Of a DNA stretch of 64,000 nucleotides, positions 55,763 through 64,000 are shown piece after piece (position 1 is the first letter of the stretch; each line of letters starts with the position of its first letter). The notes below the pieces were generated by a model. That model saw nothing but the letters and a program-made list of their open reading frames with translations. It had not been told where the DNA came from and made no database searches. The DNA comes from a virus, in IMG/VR virus record IMGVR_UViG_3300003322_000266, positions 10,294-74,293 of that record; one strand, 5' to 3'. Made by a program: the position numbers and the translations under genes.

Positions 55763-57682
55763 CTAGTGCCCGAAAGACAGGCCTCCGATGTTGAGGGTGT
55801 GGAAGGTGTCAGAGACAGAGTTGTTCGGCATCTGCGCGTTGCCGAGACCCGGAGCTGCGCCTGGACCCTTGGCTCCAGTAGCCGAAGCCGCACTGGTCGT
55901 CACGGGCGGAGCTGGCGGCTTGGCGCTGACCGGAGGTGCCGAAGCCTGTACCGGAGCAGCCACGGCCGTCGCCTGCTTCTGGGACCCGAAGACGAAACCA
56001 GTTCGCAGGTTTCGGAACATGGGCTGTGGAGCCGGCGCAGCTTGCGGAGCATCGACTGTGGTACCGATGCCAGAGACGTCGAAGCCTGCGGCTGTCAGCT
56101 GTGTTGCCAGTGTGATCGGCAGCGGCTGCTTCTTCTCCTTCCGCTTCTTCAACATGTCGGTGATGTAGCCCTTGTCGAAGCTCCGCTTGTCCGCCGCCGT
56201 GTCCTTGTCCTGGTACTCGTTCAGCGTGTTTGCGATCACCTCGTTGGAGCTATCACCGTAGCGCGCAACGTCCCAAAGCTTACCCAGCAGACCGATCTTG
56301 GACGCTTCCTTCTGCGCCTTGCCGGTCACGACTGCGTTCGCAACCTTCTGCATCTCCTTCTGCTGCTGGATCTGCGGACTCTTCTCGTCACCGAAGAAGA
56401 AGGTCTTGAGGCCGTTCAGCAGCCAGCCCTTGGCACCTTCCCACAGACTCTTGACGAAAGACTGGATGTAGTCCTTGCCGTAGCGCTTCTCGAGTTCGGC
56501 GTTGATACCGGACAGCAGCGGACCGATCAGGCTGGTGAAGAGAGCACCGAGACCCACGAGCTTTCCCAGAGCGCCAGCGCCTTCACCCGACGACAGAGCC
56601 TGCCACTTGCGCCTGAGGTAGCCGAAGATGTCACCCATCGACTTGTGAATCCAGTCGTAGGTCTCGTGACCCAGAGTCTTGATTCCGCCTGCGATCGTCT
56701 TCATGGTCTTGTCGACCTTGAGGATCGCTTGCACAGCCTTCGGGTTGTTGCCAGCCTTCTTCAGTGCCCAGGTGACGCCCGACTCCCAGACCTTGGAGGG
56801 TCGGAGAGGATCGACCTTGTCCTTGATCTTGCGACCCAGCATCTCGGCCGCCTTCTGCATCGACCTGGAGAGCGAGAGCTTGCCGTGCTGGTCCTGACCG
56901 AGGCGCAGGAACCGACCGAGCTTCGACTGGTACAGGTCCTTGTAGTCCGCCTTCTGCTCGACTTGTGGAAGTGCCTTCTTCTCGGCATCGAGAACACGCT
57001 CGTTCTTCTGCGCGATGGCATCCAGGTCATCGATCTGCTTTTTCAGGTTCTTGAGGATCTGGTCGACGTCGCCATTCTTGTCTGCAGCCGCGAGCTTCGA
57101 GCCGGTGGGGTCGTCGACCTTGGCCTTCAACTTCTGGTACGCGTTGTAGACATCGAGCAGCGCAACCTTGAACTTCTGGACATCCTGGGTGTTGACGGTC
57201 GAAGGCGCCGCGCGCTTCTTGTCGACCTCGTCCTTCAGCGCCTTGAGCTTGGTCTCGAAGGTGATGGCAGCCGCCTGCTTGATGTCCTTCTTTTTCTTGT
57301 CCTTCTTCTTGACCTGGACGTCCTTCTTGCTTTCCTTGAGCGCGAGTTCACGAGCCTTGAGCTCGTCTTCCTTCTCTTGCGCTTCTTCGGCAGCGACTTC
57401 AGCTTCGGCTTGTGCCAGGAGTTCGGCCTTGCGAGTCTGCGCCATCTCGCGATCGAGTTGAGCCTTCAGGCCCTGCATCTGCTTCTTGGTCAGACGCTTG
57501 TCCTGCTGACTCTTCGCCTTCGTCATCACTTCGACGGTGTCGATGAGCTGCTTGAGGTCTGGCGCTGAGCCAGGTTCCGCTGCATCGATTTCGTCGTAGA
57601 CTGCTTGGGCTTTGCGCAGGTGATCGAGCTTCGAGTTCGCCTTCTGCGTCGACTTCTGTCCTGGTCGTTGGCGCTTTGCCAT
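55763..57682 (-). CDS. Tape-measure-like (gp29-like) coiled-coil protein
   Basis: True start ATG 57682 with GGAGGT SD; Lys-rich coiled coil, hydrophobic segment LGKLVGLGALFTSLIGPLL. Confidence 0.55.
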   Translation of the reverse strand: MAKRQRPGQKSTQKANSKLDHLRKAQAVYDEIDAAEPGSAPDLKQLIDTVEVMTKAKSQQDKRLTKKQMQGLKAQLDREMAQTRKAELLAQAEAEVAAEEAQEKEDELKARELALKESKKDVQVKKKDKKKKDIKQAAAITFETKLKALKDEVDKKRAAPSTVNTQDVQKFKVALLDVYNAYQKLKAKVDDPTGSKLAAADKNGDVDQILKNLKKQIDDLDAIAQKNERVLDAEKKALPQVEQKADYKDLYQSKLGRFLRLGQDQHGKLSLSRSMQKAAEMLGRKIKDKVDPLRPSKVWESGVTWALKKAGNNPKAVQAILKVDKTMKTIAGGIKTLGHETYDWIHKSMGDIFGYLRRKWQALSSGEGAGALGKLVGLGALFTSLIGPLLSGINAELEKRYGKDYIQSFVKSLWEGAKGWLLNGLKTFFFGDEKSPQIQQQKEMQKVANAVVTGKAQKEASKIGLLGKLWDVARYGDSSNEVIANTLNEYQDKDTAADKRSFDKGYITDMLKKRKEKKQPLPITLATQLTAAGFDVSGIGTTVDAPQAAPAPQPMFRNLRTGFVFGSQKQATAVAAPVQASAPPVSAKPPAPPVTTSAASATGAKGPGAAPGLGNAQMPNNSVSDTFHTLNIGGLSFGH

Positions 57683-57683
57683 C

Positions 57684-57866
57684 TCAACCTCCGATGTAGA
57701 TTTCCCCGTTCTTGATCGCCTCGGCCTTGCGCTTCCAGACATCCTTGACGAACGTACTGAGGTAGAACAAGCGCGAACTCAGCATCTGATCGTCGTAGAT
57801 GTGGAGCTCTTGCGCGATCGTGCGCTGCATGTAGAGGATGTCAGCTTCAGTAATGCGGGGAAGGAA
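57684..57866 (-). CDS. gp51-like hub/tail assembly chaperone C-terminal part, possibly reached by +1 frameshift
   Basis: 60-codon open frame fills the gap exactly; no SD before the internal ATG; overlaps the 3' end of the gp26-like gene at TTT-C. Confidence 0.55.
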   Translation of the reverse strand, partial: FLPRITEADILYMQRTIAQELHIYDDQMLSSRLFYLSTFVKDVWKRKAEAIKNGEIYIGG

Positions 57867-59001
57867 ACGTGCGTGCGTCGATGATGAGCTTCGACTGCTC
57901 CTCATGTCCGCACTCCTTGCACTTCACGTTGACGGTTTCGACGACACCGAAGTCATCGACGAGCTCTGAGAACTTGAGGACCAGCAGAGCTTGATCGTTG
58001 GTCAGGTACTCCTCGACCACCTCGATCTTGTCCTGCAGCGTCCAGCGATTCAGGTCACCTTCCTTCTCAGGAGTGATCGGGAAAGGCGTGTCGAGGTCCA
58101 GCATCGAGGCGATGCGAGCCACGTACTGGAAGTCTTCGTCCGCGAGTCGTGGATCGTCGAGGAACTCGATCGAGTCCATCATGGTCTCGGGCCTGAGATC
58201 GACGCGCCGGAGTTCACCGTCGTCGAGTGTGATCATGATGTGGTAGACCTCCGGGTCCGGGATCGTGTCCAGGTATCGGGTCTCGAGTTTCGAGACGTCA
58301 TGCGAGCTCTCGTTGTCGAGACTGGACCTGGGCAGCAGACCCTTCTTCACCTTCTCATGATGAGCCGGATTCGAGCACATGTGCTGGACACGCATCGTCT
58401 GCTTCTCGAACGAGTTCGCGCGCAGCCAGTAGAGCACTGCGTTGAAGTCGTTGACCGAGAGCCGGAATGCGATGTTCTGGTGACCCGATGGCGTCATCAG
58501 CACCGACGACACGACTTCGCAGACCAGCTGCATCGAGTCGACGTCGTTGGCCTTGGCCAGCTTGGCCAGGTGCGGGACCCGGAAGGGCTTGATGTACAAG
58601 TCCTTGAACGGGTAGTAGGCGAACTTCGACGGCAGGTCGATACTCGTGTACTCGGCCGTCGAGACCGGAGTCACAGGCGCTGCCGGATTGTCGATCAGGA
58701 ATGGCTTGCGACCATCGTCGACTGCAGCCTTCGCCTCTTGCACGACCTGTCGCGCTTGTTCCTGGACACGCGGATCGGCCATGACCGGCGGGCTCACTTT
58801 TGGAGCTTGGACCTGAGTCTCGGCCGACAGTTCTGGGATCACCGGCTTGCGACGTTCGGGTCGCACGGACTCGAGAACAGGACGCTCCTGGCCACGGTTG
58901 AGGATGCCTTGCCTTAGCTTCTGGTCGATGACGTCACGAGCCTCGGCCGAGATTGGAAACTCGAAGCCAGGCGTCGGTTCGGGTACTTGTGGTGTGGTCA
59001 C
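57847..59001 (-). CDS. Baseplate hub assembly chaperone (T4 gp26-like)
   Basis: IDLPS....YP...YIKPF, D.NAVLYWLRANS, ETV.V.CKECG..; Pro-rich N-terminal extension. Confidence 0.75.
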   Translation of the reverse strand: MTTPQVPEPTPGFEFPISAEARDVIDQKLRQGILNRGQERPVLESVRPERRKPVIPELSAETQVQAPKVSPPVMADPRVQEQARQVVQEAKAAVDDGRKPFLIDNPAAPVTPVSTAEYTSIDLPSKFAYYPFKDLYIKPFRVPHLAKLAKANDVDSMQLVCEVVSSVLMTPSGHQNIAFRLSVNDFNAVLYWLRANSFEKQTMRVQHMCSNPAHHEKVKKGLLPRSSLDNESSHDVSKLETRYLDTIPDPEVYHIMITLDDGELRRVDLRPETMMDSIEFLDDPRLADEDFQYVARIASMLDLDTPFPITPEKEGDLNRWTLQDKIEVVEEYLTNDQALLVLKFSELVDDFGVVETVNVKCKECGHEEQSKLIIDARTFPSPHY

Positions 59002-59010
59002 TTTTGGCTC

Positions 59011-59856
59011 TTAGGAGAGAAGGTTGTTCAACTGGGAGGAAAGTGCGCCAGTGATGGCACCGGTTCCATATCCAGCGGCCGTTTGGGTCAACGTGTCGAG
59101 TAGACCCTTGTCGTTATTTACAGTGATGTCGACCTCTTCCACTGCGAAAGTGACATTTTGCACCAGGGCCTGTGCGTCACCAGAAGTGAGTTCCACAGAC
59201 GATGGTTCGGTCGGCCAGCAGTTGATGAGTCGGACATTGAGAAGGATGTTGCGCCGGACCGAAAGTACAGCCAGCACGATGTCCTTCTTGTAGTCAGCGG
59301 GGTATCCCCAGACACCTTGGTTCTGCACCACCTTCGGGTTCACGTTGGCCAGGACTCGACCTTGCCATGCCTTGATGTACTGATGTGCACGGCTCGAGCT
59401 GTCCATGAAGAGACCCAGGGACAGCGATCCGACTTCGTACTTGTTGGCGTAGTGAACGTTATGACCATTGCGCAGGATCGTGTCCAGGCTGAACTGACGG
59501 AGCGGCAGGTTCGCCGTCTGCACGTAGTACCAGGGCAACGAGACAGAGGGTTGACCGATGCTGACACCACCGACAGAGATGCCTGCGTTCTGGGCACTCG
59601 TGTTCGTGATGTCGGGCATGACAGCGTACCAGCACCACGACTGCACAGCGTCGCCACGAGCATTGATGCCGTGCATGTCGTCGCCGAGCGTGGTACCGCC
59701 AGTCGCGCCAGCCGAAGCAAGCAGCTGACCAGGAGTCTGAAGCGCGCCTTGGACTGCGTCCTGGACATTGCCTTGAGCTGCCTGATTGAGCAGGGTCAAG
59801 CCACTGGTCTGGACTGCTTTCTTGGCAGCGCCGATGTAATCGGAGATGGAGGGCAT
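59011..59856 (-). CDS. Tail tube-like protein (gp54/gp19-like)
   Basis: YVQTANLP...F.....NG....YA..YE.G.L.L.LFMD.......IKAWQ..V...G.YP.DYK.DI. Confidence 0.75.
   Translation of the reverse strand: MPSISDYIGAAKKAVQTSGLTLLNQAAQGNVQDAVQGALQTPGQLLASAGATGGTTLGDDMHGINARGDAVQSWCWYAVMPDITNTSAQNAGISVGGVSIGQPSVSLPWYYVQTANLPLRQFSLDTILRNGHNVHYANKYEVGSLSLGLFMDSSSRAHQYIKAWQGRVLANVNPKVVQNQGVWGYPADYKKDIVLAVLSVRRNILLNVRLINCWPTEPSSVELTSGDAQALVQNVTFAVEEVDITVNNDKGLLDTLTQTAAGYGTGAITGALSSQLNNLLS
59115..59124 (-). promoter_or_regulatory. Putative phage promoter ACTGTAAATA (intragenic)
   Basis: Exact 10-mer in rare codons GTA AAT, about 115 nt upstream of the gp26-like start. Confidence 0.55.
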
Positions 59857-59940
59857 GTGCGTGCTCTGCTAGTTGAGAGCTGGGAATGGCTGAAGGGTGA
59901 ATCTCAGACGACAGCCAATCGCCAGGATATGAGGCTGTGG

Positions 59941-59970
59941 AAGGCTGCCCTTAGGACAGGGTCAGCCTTT
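59941..59970. terminator. Possible terminator hairpin
   Basis: AAGGCTGCCCT-loop-AGGGTCAGCCTTT with a one-base bulge and weak U-tract. Confidence 0.4.
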
Positions 59971-60394
59971 AGGACCACAGATAGACGACCAGGGGATCAG
60001 TCACACCGTTACCTCGCGGGTAGGCACGGTTGAGGTACATCTCGGTGAAGTTTGTGCAGTCACGTCCCTGCGGTCGCAGGTAGTAACCCATGCGCTCGTC
60101 ACCATCGAGCGTCTGACCGTCGCGTGGAGGATTCAGGTCGCGCTCGACCACCTCCATGTTGGGGTCCGTAGGCAGGAACTCTTGTCCCACCTTGTAGTTG
60201 ATGATGAGCGCCGGTGGGTCCGTCGTCCTGCTGACTCCGATCCTGGCAAGCATTTGGTCATCCATCTGACCGGCGGGGTCGTTGACCCAGACGTTCTTGA
60301 ACGTCTCTTGCAAGATCATGAGGTCCCGCAGGACTTGGATCTCGACGTCGCTGGTCATCTTGTCGTACTGGATGCCAACGCTGTTGATGGTCAT
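59969..60394 (-). CDS. Hypothetical (possible virion) protein
   Basis: Start MTINSV, ATGA overlap, GGAGG SD. Confidence 0.6.
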   Translation of the reverse strand: MTINSVGIQYDKMTSDVEIQVLRDLMILQETFKNVWVNDPAGQMDDQMLARIGVSRTTDPPALIINYKVGQEFLPTDPNMEVVERDLNPPRDGQTLDGDERMGYYLRPQGRDCTNFTEMYLNRAYPRGNGVTDPLVVYLWS

Positions 60395-60654
60395 GCTGCC
60401 TCCGCTTCCGACCGAATGTTGCGCGCCAGTTTCTGCGCGGTGGCCAGATCGATGGTGATGACTCGGGTGGGGTCGTTCGGAAACACGAGGCGGATGTGCT
60501 TGCCGTTCGACGACGGACGCACGCCGAAGCGTGTGCCTTGCTTGATCGTGACCGGATTGCCACGGAAGTCCACCGTCACGGGTTTGGCACCGTCGTAGGT
60601 GAAGAACTCGTAGTCGGATTCCGGCTTGATTCGCGCCAGAAGGAATGAGTGCAT
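60391..60654 (-). CDS. Small SH3-like beta protein
   Basis: 87 aa, beta-rich. Confidence 0.5.
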   Translation of the reverse strand: MHSFLLARIKPESDYEFFTYDGAKPVTVDFRGNPVTIKQGTRFGVRPSSNGKHIRLVFPNDPTRVITIDLATAQKLARNIRSEAEAA

Positions 60655-60656
60655 GT

Positions 60657-61013
60657 TCAGTGCTCTCCGATCTGGGACTTGCGCAGACGCAGGTCGGAGA
60701 TGTTCTCCTTCGTGCGGTTGATCTGCTTCTCGGTCGTGTTGCGTTGAACCGGCGACATCGCGCGCCGATTCTCACGGCTCGGCATCGAGTGCTTGAGGTT
60801 CTCGACCTGCTTCTTCTTGTTCTCGATCTGGTTGTCGAGGTTCTGCTTCTGTTGCTTCTGGCTCGGTGTCTCGTCGGCCAGCAAGCGACTCTTAGCGTTG
60901 AGCTTCATGTGTGACTCCATGACTGGAGCAAGACCCTCCGTAGAGGGTCCCGCAGTTGCCATAAAATTGATGCCCAGACTCTTAGGCGCCGAAGCCCGGA
61001 AGGCGGTCGGCAC
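60657..61013 (-). CDS. Hypothetical coiled-coil protein
   Basis: Gln/Lys/Arg-rich; true start probably downstream of 61013. Confidence 0.5.
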   Translation of the reverse strand: MPTAFRASAPKSLGINFMATAGPSTEGLAPVMESHMKLNAKSRLLADETPSQKQQKQNLDNQIENKKKQVENLKHSMPSRENRRAMSPVQRNTTEKQINRTKENISDLRLRKSQIGEH

Positions 61014-62865
61014 CGAGCTTCTTCATGTTGGCTTGCTTGAGCCGCGCTCGGTAGTTCGGGTCGGCCTCGACTTGAGCTGCGATCTTGGCGATGCGCCAGT
61101 TCATGTCGCGAGCCTTCATGCGAGGCTGTGCAGCGTCGGGTACGTGCCGCTTCTTGCCGGTCACGGACTCGGTGAACATCTCTGGATTCTTGAACTCACG
61201 TGCGAGGATGCCCTTGGCGAAACCACCGAGGCCATGCTTGACAGAGCCCGTGGTCAGCTGGTTCGATTCGGCCTTCTGACCTTGCGTCGGAGCCAGGTTG
61301 TCATCGCCAGAGCCTGACCCGGAACCACCATCGTCACCGAACTCGGCATCATCGGGGTTCTGGTTCGCCACGTTCTGTGGCAGCTCCATGTACTTCGAGA
61401 TCTGCTTCTTGATCTCTTCGTTCTCGCGAGCATCGCGGATCAGAGTGTCCTTGTCGACACCAGCAGCCGCAAGCCACATCTTCAGTGGCACAGGCACGCC
61501 GTGACCTTCCAGCTTCTCCAGCATGTCCATCATGTTGTCTTCGCCCTTGGCCGTCAGGTCCTTCGTCCAGTGCAGCACTGGAATCCGGAGGTTCTCACGG
61601 TTTGCGGCGTTGAACATGAAGTCGAGCAGTCGATCGGATTGACCGGCCTTCGACGGGTCCTTGAACAGACGGTTGGCGATGGCGATGAGAGGGAACAGCT
61701 TCTTGTAGAAGATGCCGTTCGTCAGGTGCGTCCGGTAGCCGTTCGTCGTCTCCAGGAACGTCGAGTAGGCCGACTCGGCCGCAGCATACGATGCGTCACC
61801 GCTCATCATCGCTTCGCTGACGCCCAGGGCACGCAGCTTGTACGGAGTCATGACGTCGGTCATGTCCGTCCACTTCCAGAAGTCGCCACCTGGGCGCAGG
61901 TCTTGAATCTGGATCGCGTTGCGCGTCGAGATCCAGCCGCCCATCGGGTCCTTCTCGGCATCCATGAACTGCTGGACTAGGACCTGCAGCTCTTCACTGG
62001 TCGGCGTCCACACGTCGTCGCCGGCTGCGATGTGCGACATCGCGCGCTGCCGGCGTTGGGCTTCGGTCAATGTGCCCCGGAACATGGTCTTCTCGATCAT
62101 GTACATGGGCAGGATGCGATGAAGGTATGACTGGTACGCACGGTCGGTCAGACCACGACGACCAAGCCAAAGAGTCGTGATCGGATCGAGAACGAACGAG
62201 CCTTCCTTCAGCAGCTTCGTGAACGCTTGTGGAATCGTCGCCAGATAGGCCCTCGCGTAGTCGGTCGCTGAGTCGAGGAACCGCATCGTCGGACCTGAGA
62301 CCGAGACTCGAACCGTCGGGTCGACGTTGTTGAACGGGCTTGGACTCACACCGCACTGCATGGCATCGTGCGTCAGGATGTCCATGAAGTTCTTCGCGGC
62401 CGCATCGAAGATCAGAGACCCGCAGTAGAAGCCGTCGGTCAGGTACGCGACCGAGAGTTGAGGCAGCAGCTCTTGGAGGTTGAGCCTGGACAGCGCTGCG
62501 TTGAAGACGTCGGTCTCTTTGTCTTCGAGACCACGGAGTTCCCAGTCCGAGAACGGGAACACCGACTGGATATCGACCGCCGACCCTGCCACGTTGTCGT
62601 GCATGTAGATGTCGCGGTAGAAGTAGGTCAGTGACGACGAGTCCGGAATCTCTGGAGTCGCCGGCAGCAACCCGCTCATGTAGTAGTTGAAGTTCGACCC
62701 GTGGTAGAACTGGGACGAAACGTTCGAGGTGCTGAACGTGCCACCACCGCCACTGAGCGCAGCGGTCACGATGTTGTCGCCACGGGCTTGTCGCTGCGGC
62801 AACATCGCGGTCGTCTTCACTTCACCCCGACGGGTGATAGCGGTGATACGGTCTTTGGCAAACAT
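60982..62865 (-). CDS. Portal protein (T4 gp20-like, jumbo-phage type)
   Basis: 627 aa; YRDIY..D..AGSAVDI...FPFSD; SYLHRILP...IEK; AAESAYSTF; low-complexity tail; location in the head/tail module. Confidence 0.65.
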   Translation of the reverse strand: MFAKDRITAITRRGEVKTTAMLPQRQARGDNIVTAALSGGGGTFSTSNVSSQFYHGSNFNYYMSGLLPATPEIPDSSSLTYFYRDIYMHDNVAGSAVDIQSVFPFSDWELRGLEDKETDVFNAALSRLNLQELLPQLSVAYLTDGFYCGSLIFDAAAKNFMDILTHDAMQCGVSPSPFNNVDPTVRVSVSGPTMRFLDSATDYARAYLATIPQAFTKLLKEGSFVLDPITTLWLGRRGLTDRAYQSYLHRILPMYMIEKTMFRGTLTEAQRRQRAMSHIAAGDDVWTPTSEELQVLVQQFMDAEKDPMGGWISTRNAIQIQDLRPGGDFWKWTDMTDVMTPYKLRALGVSEAMMSGDASYAAAESAYSTFLETTNGYRTHLTNGIFYKKLFPLIAIANRLFKDPSKAGQSDRLLDFMFNAANRENLRIPVLHWTKDLTAKGEDNMMDMLEKLEGHGVPVPLKMWLAAAGVDKDTLIRDARENEEIKKQISKYMELPQNVANQNPDDAEFGDDGGSGSGSGDDNLAPTQGQKAESNQLTTGSVKHGLGGFAKGILAREFKNPEMFTESVTGKKRHVPDAAQPRMKARDMNWRIAKIAAQVEADPNYRARLKQANMKKLGADRLPGFGA

Positions 62866-62876
62866 CGTTGTTCCTT

Positions 62877-63056
62877 CTACAGGTAGAGCTCGCGACTCAC
62901 GTCATGTCGCGGCTCCGTTCGTTGATCTCGCAGGCTTTCCAAAAGCAGGATCAGCTCTTCCTTGAGCCTGACCCTGAGCAGTGCCTGTTGTCTGAAATGG
63001 CGATCGCGCCTAACCTGGAGTTGCTCTGGGCTCGGGCGCTGGTGACGTGTGAACAT
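62877..63056 (-). CDS. 59-aa basic small protein (not in ORF track)
   Basis: MFTRHQRPSPEQLQVRRDRHFRQQALLRVRLKEELILLLESLRDQ...; GAGGT SD; fills the gap. Confidence 0.55.
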   Translation of the reverse strand: MFTRHQRPSPEQLQVRRDRHFRQQALLRVRLKEELILLLESLRDQRTEPRHDVSRELYL

Positions 63057-63074
63057 GAGGTACCTCGTGAGAGG

Positions 63075-63572
63075 TTACTTGCTCTTCGCCGCATTCGTAT
63101 CCGCAGACCGGAATGCGGCACGGATGTAAATCGATCTGGCGGTGTCCTCTTCAACTTCAAAGGGCTTGGCGCCCTTAACCTTGATGATGCGCAGGCCGTC
63201 TTCACTCATGATGAAGCAGCCCCAACCTGGAAGTATACGAGCTCCGACTTTCTTGTACACCGACTCTGGCATCGCCACGTAGCTCTGGTTGCAGTACTCT
63301 TCATACTGCGCCATCTTCTTGTCAGCCCTGAAGTCTGCGACCGAGGACTTGACTTCGACGATGACCAGATAGCCGTTCATGGCCAGGACGAGAATGTCGG
63401 CACGAAGACGACCCATGGGCACCAAGCCGATCTCGAAGAAGCACATGCGCATCTTCTTCGCGTAGTACTTGGCGACCGTGGCCTTGATGTTGTCAGCGAG
63501 ACCAGTCGAGCGCTTGAGCCTGATGTCGATAGCGCCGTAGGTCAGAGCCTTGGTTCTGCGACGGCGACCCAT
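63075..63572 (-). CDS. MmcB/DUF1052-family PD-(D/E)XK endonuclease
   Basis: FEIGL...RLRADIL......LVIVEVKSSVADFRADKK..QY..YC...Y.A.P. Confidence 0.85.
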   Translation of the reverse strand: MGRRRRTKALTYGAIDIRLKRSTGLADNIKATVAKYYAKKMRMCFFEIGLVPMGRLRADILVLAMNGYLVIVEVKSSVADFRADKKMAQYEEYCNQSYVAMPESVYKKVGARILPGWGCFIMSEDGLRIIKVKGAKPFEVEEDTARSIYIRAAFRSADTNAAKSK

Positions 63573-63579
63573 CCGAGCC

Positions 63580-64000
63580 TCACTGCTGCAGGAATGAGAT
63601 CGCGTCACGCTTGACGTCGGCGAACTTGCTCTGAATCGCTTGACTGATCCGCACCAGTGACTCCTGTCGTGCCTGCTGAATGTGCTTCGCAGCCTCGGCA
63701 GTTGTCACCGATCGGATCGTGGTCTCGACCAGCCGATCCTCCTGCACCAGCAGCATGCCGATGTCGAGGAAGACGGGACGGATGATCTTCTCAACCATGG
63801 CGTCACCCAGCGCACCCTTGTCTCGCGTCGACTGCATGTCGATGACGAGCTCGCGGATCGAGGTGATCAGCGAGTTGTACTGGTAGACACCACGTGCGCC
63901 CTTGGTCTTGCGGATCGCATGCTCCGCGTAGGGCAACATATCGAGAGTGGCTTGGGCCAGACGCTTGAGCAGTAGCGACTGTGCGCTCTCGTGAGAGTCT
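63580..64000 (-). CDS. Partial helical protein (terminase small subunit is a guess)
   Basis: Frame is open to the window edge; lies upstream of portal; function unsupported beyond position. Confidence 0.35.
   Translation of the reverse strand, partial: DSHESAQSLLLKRLAQATLDMLPYAEHAIRKTKGARGVYQYNSLITSIRELVIDMQSTRDKGALGDAMVEKIIRPVFLDIGMLLVQEDRLVETTIRSVTTAEAAKHIQQARQESLVRISQAIQSKFADVKRDAISFLQQ

Larger units (their letters stand above)
1..64000. mobile_element. Segment of a jumbo contractile-tailed (myovirus) bacteriophage genome
   Basis: Portal, T4-like baseplate/hub genes, tail fibres, endolysin/spanins, phage replication genes and dense ATGA/GTGA-coupled small ORFs. No bacterial housekeeping operons and no integrase. 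Confidence 0.95.

Noticed and set aside
18582-57568. Long antisense ORFs (e.g. 18582..20279, 25662..27686, 55766..57568, 1286..2893, 3879..5123)
   Set aside because: They shadow well-supported genes, give Arg/Val-rich nonsense translations, and are expected from strong GC3 codon bias.
1-64000. tRNA/rRNA genes or an alternative genetic code
   Set aside because: No cloverleaf or rRNA-like stretches were recognised; TAA, TAG and TGA all terminate well-formed genes.

Overview
This window is a 64-kb internal segment of a high-GC (about 60-63% by eye) jumbo myovirus-type phage genome. It is not a bacterial chromosome. The gene content recalls the RSL1/PaBG/BcepSaruman-like group, but that is from memory and unverified. 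There are three blocks. (1) 1-17.4 kb, minus strand: a replication/recombination block (beta-clamp-like protein, DnaX-like clamp loader, SbcC/Rad50 ATPase, dNMP kinase, Cas4-like nuclease, Lar-like protein) plus many small hypothetical ORFs. (2) 17.5-40.2 kb, plus strand: an oppositely oriented cassette of modular, Ser/Thr-rich virion fibre/adhesin genes (three paralogous families, two beta-helix depolymerase-like proteins, a GH5 mannanase-like protein) with lysis genes interleaved (GH19 endolysin, Rz with embedded Rz1). (3) 40.3-64 kb, minus strand: a flap endonuclease, two tandem DUF2827/GT-B-like genes, a T4-like tail-fibre/baseplate/hub module, portal and an MmcB-like nuclease. The most notable observations are a second, diverged copy of a portal-protein segment inside a small unrelated ORF; a recurring ACnnTAAATA promoter-like motif; a probable +1 frameshift joining gp26-like and gp51-like hub chaperones; and a possible virion-fibre glycosylation system (DUF2827 pair plus Ser/Thr-rich fibres). 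All family assignments come from recognising motifs by eye; no searches were run.
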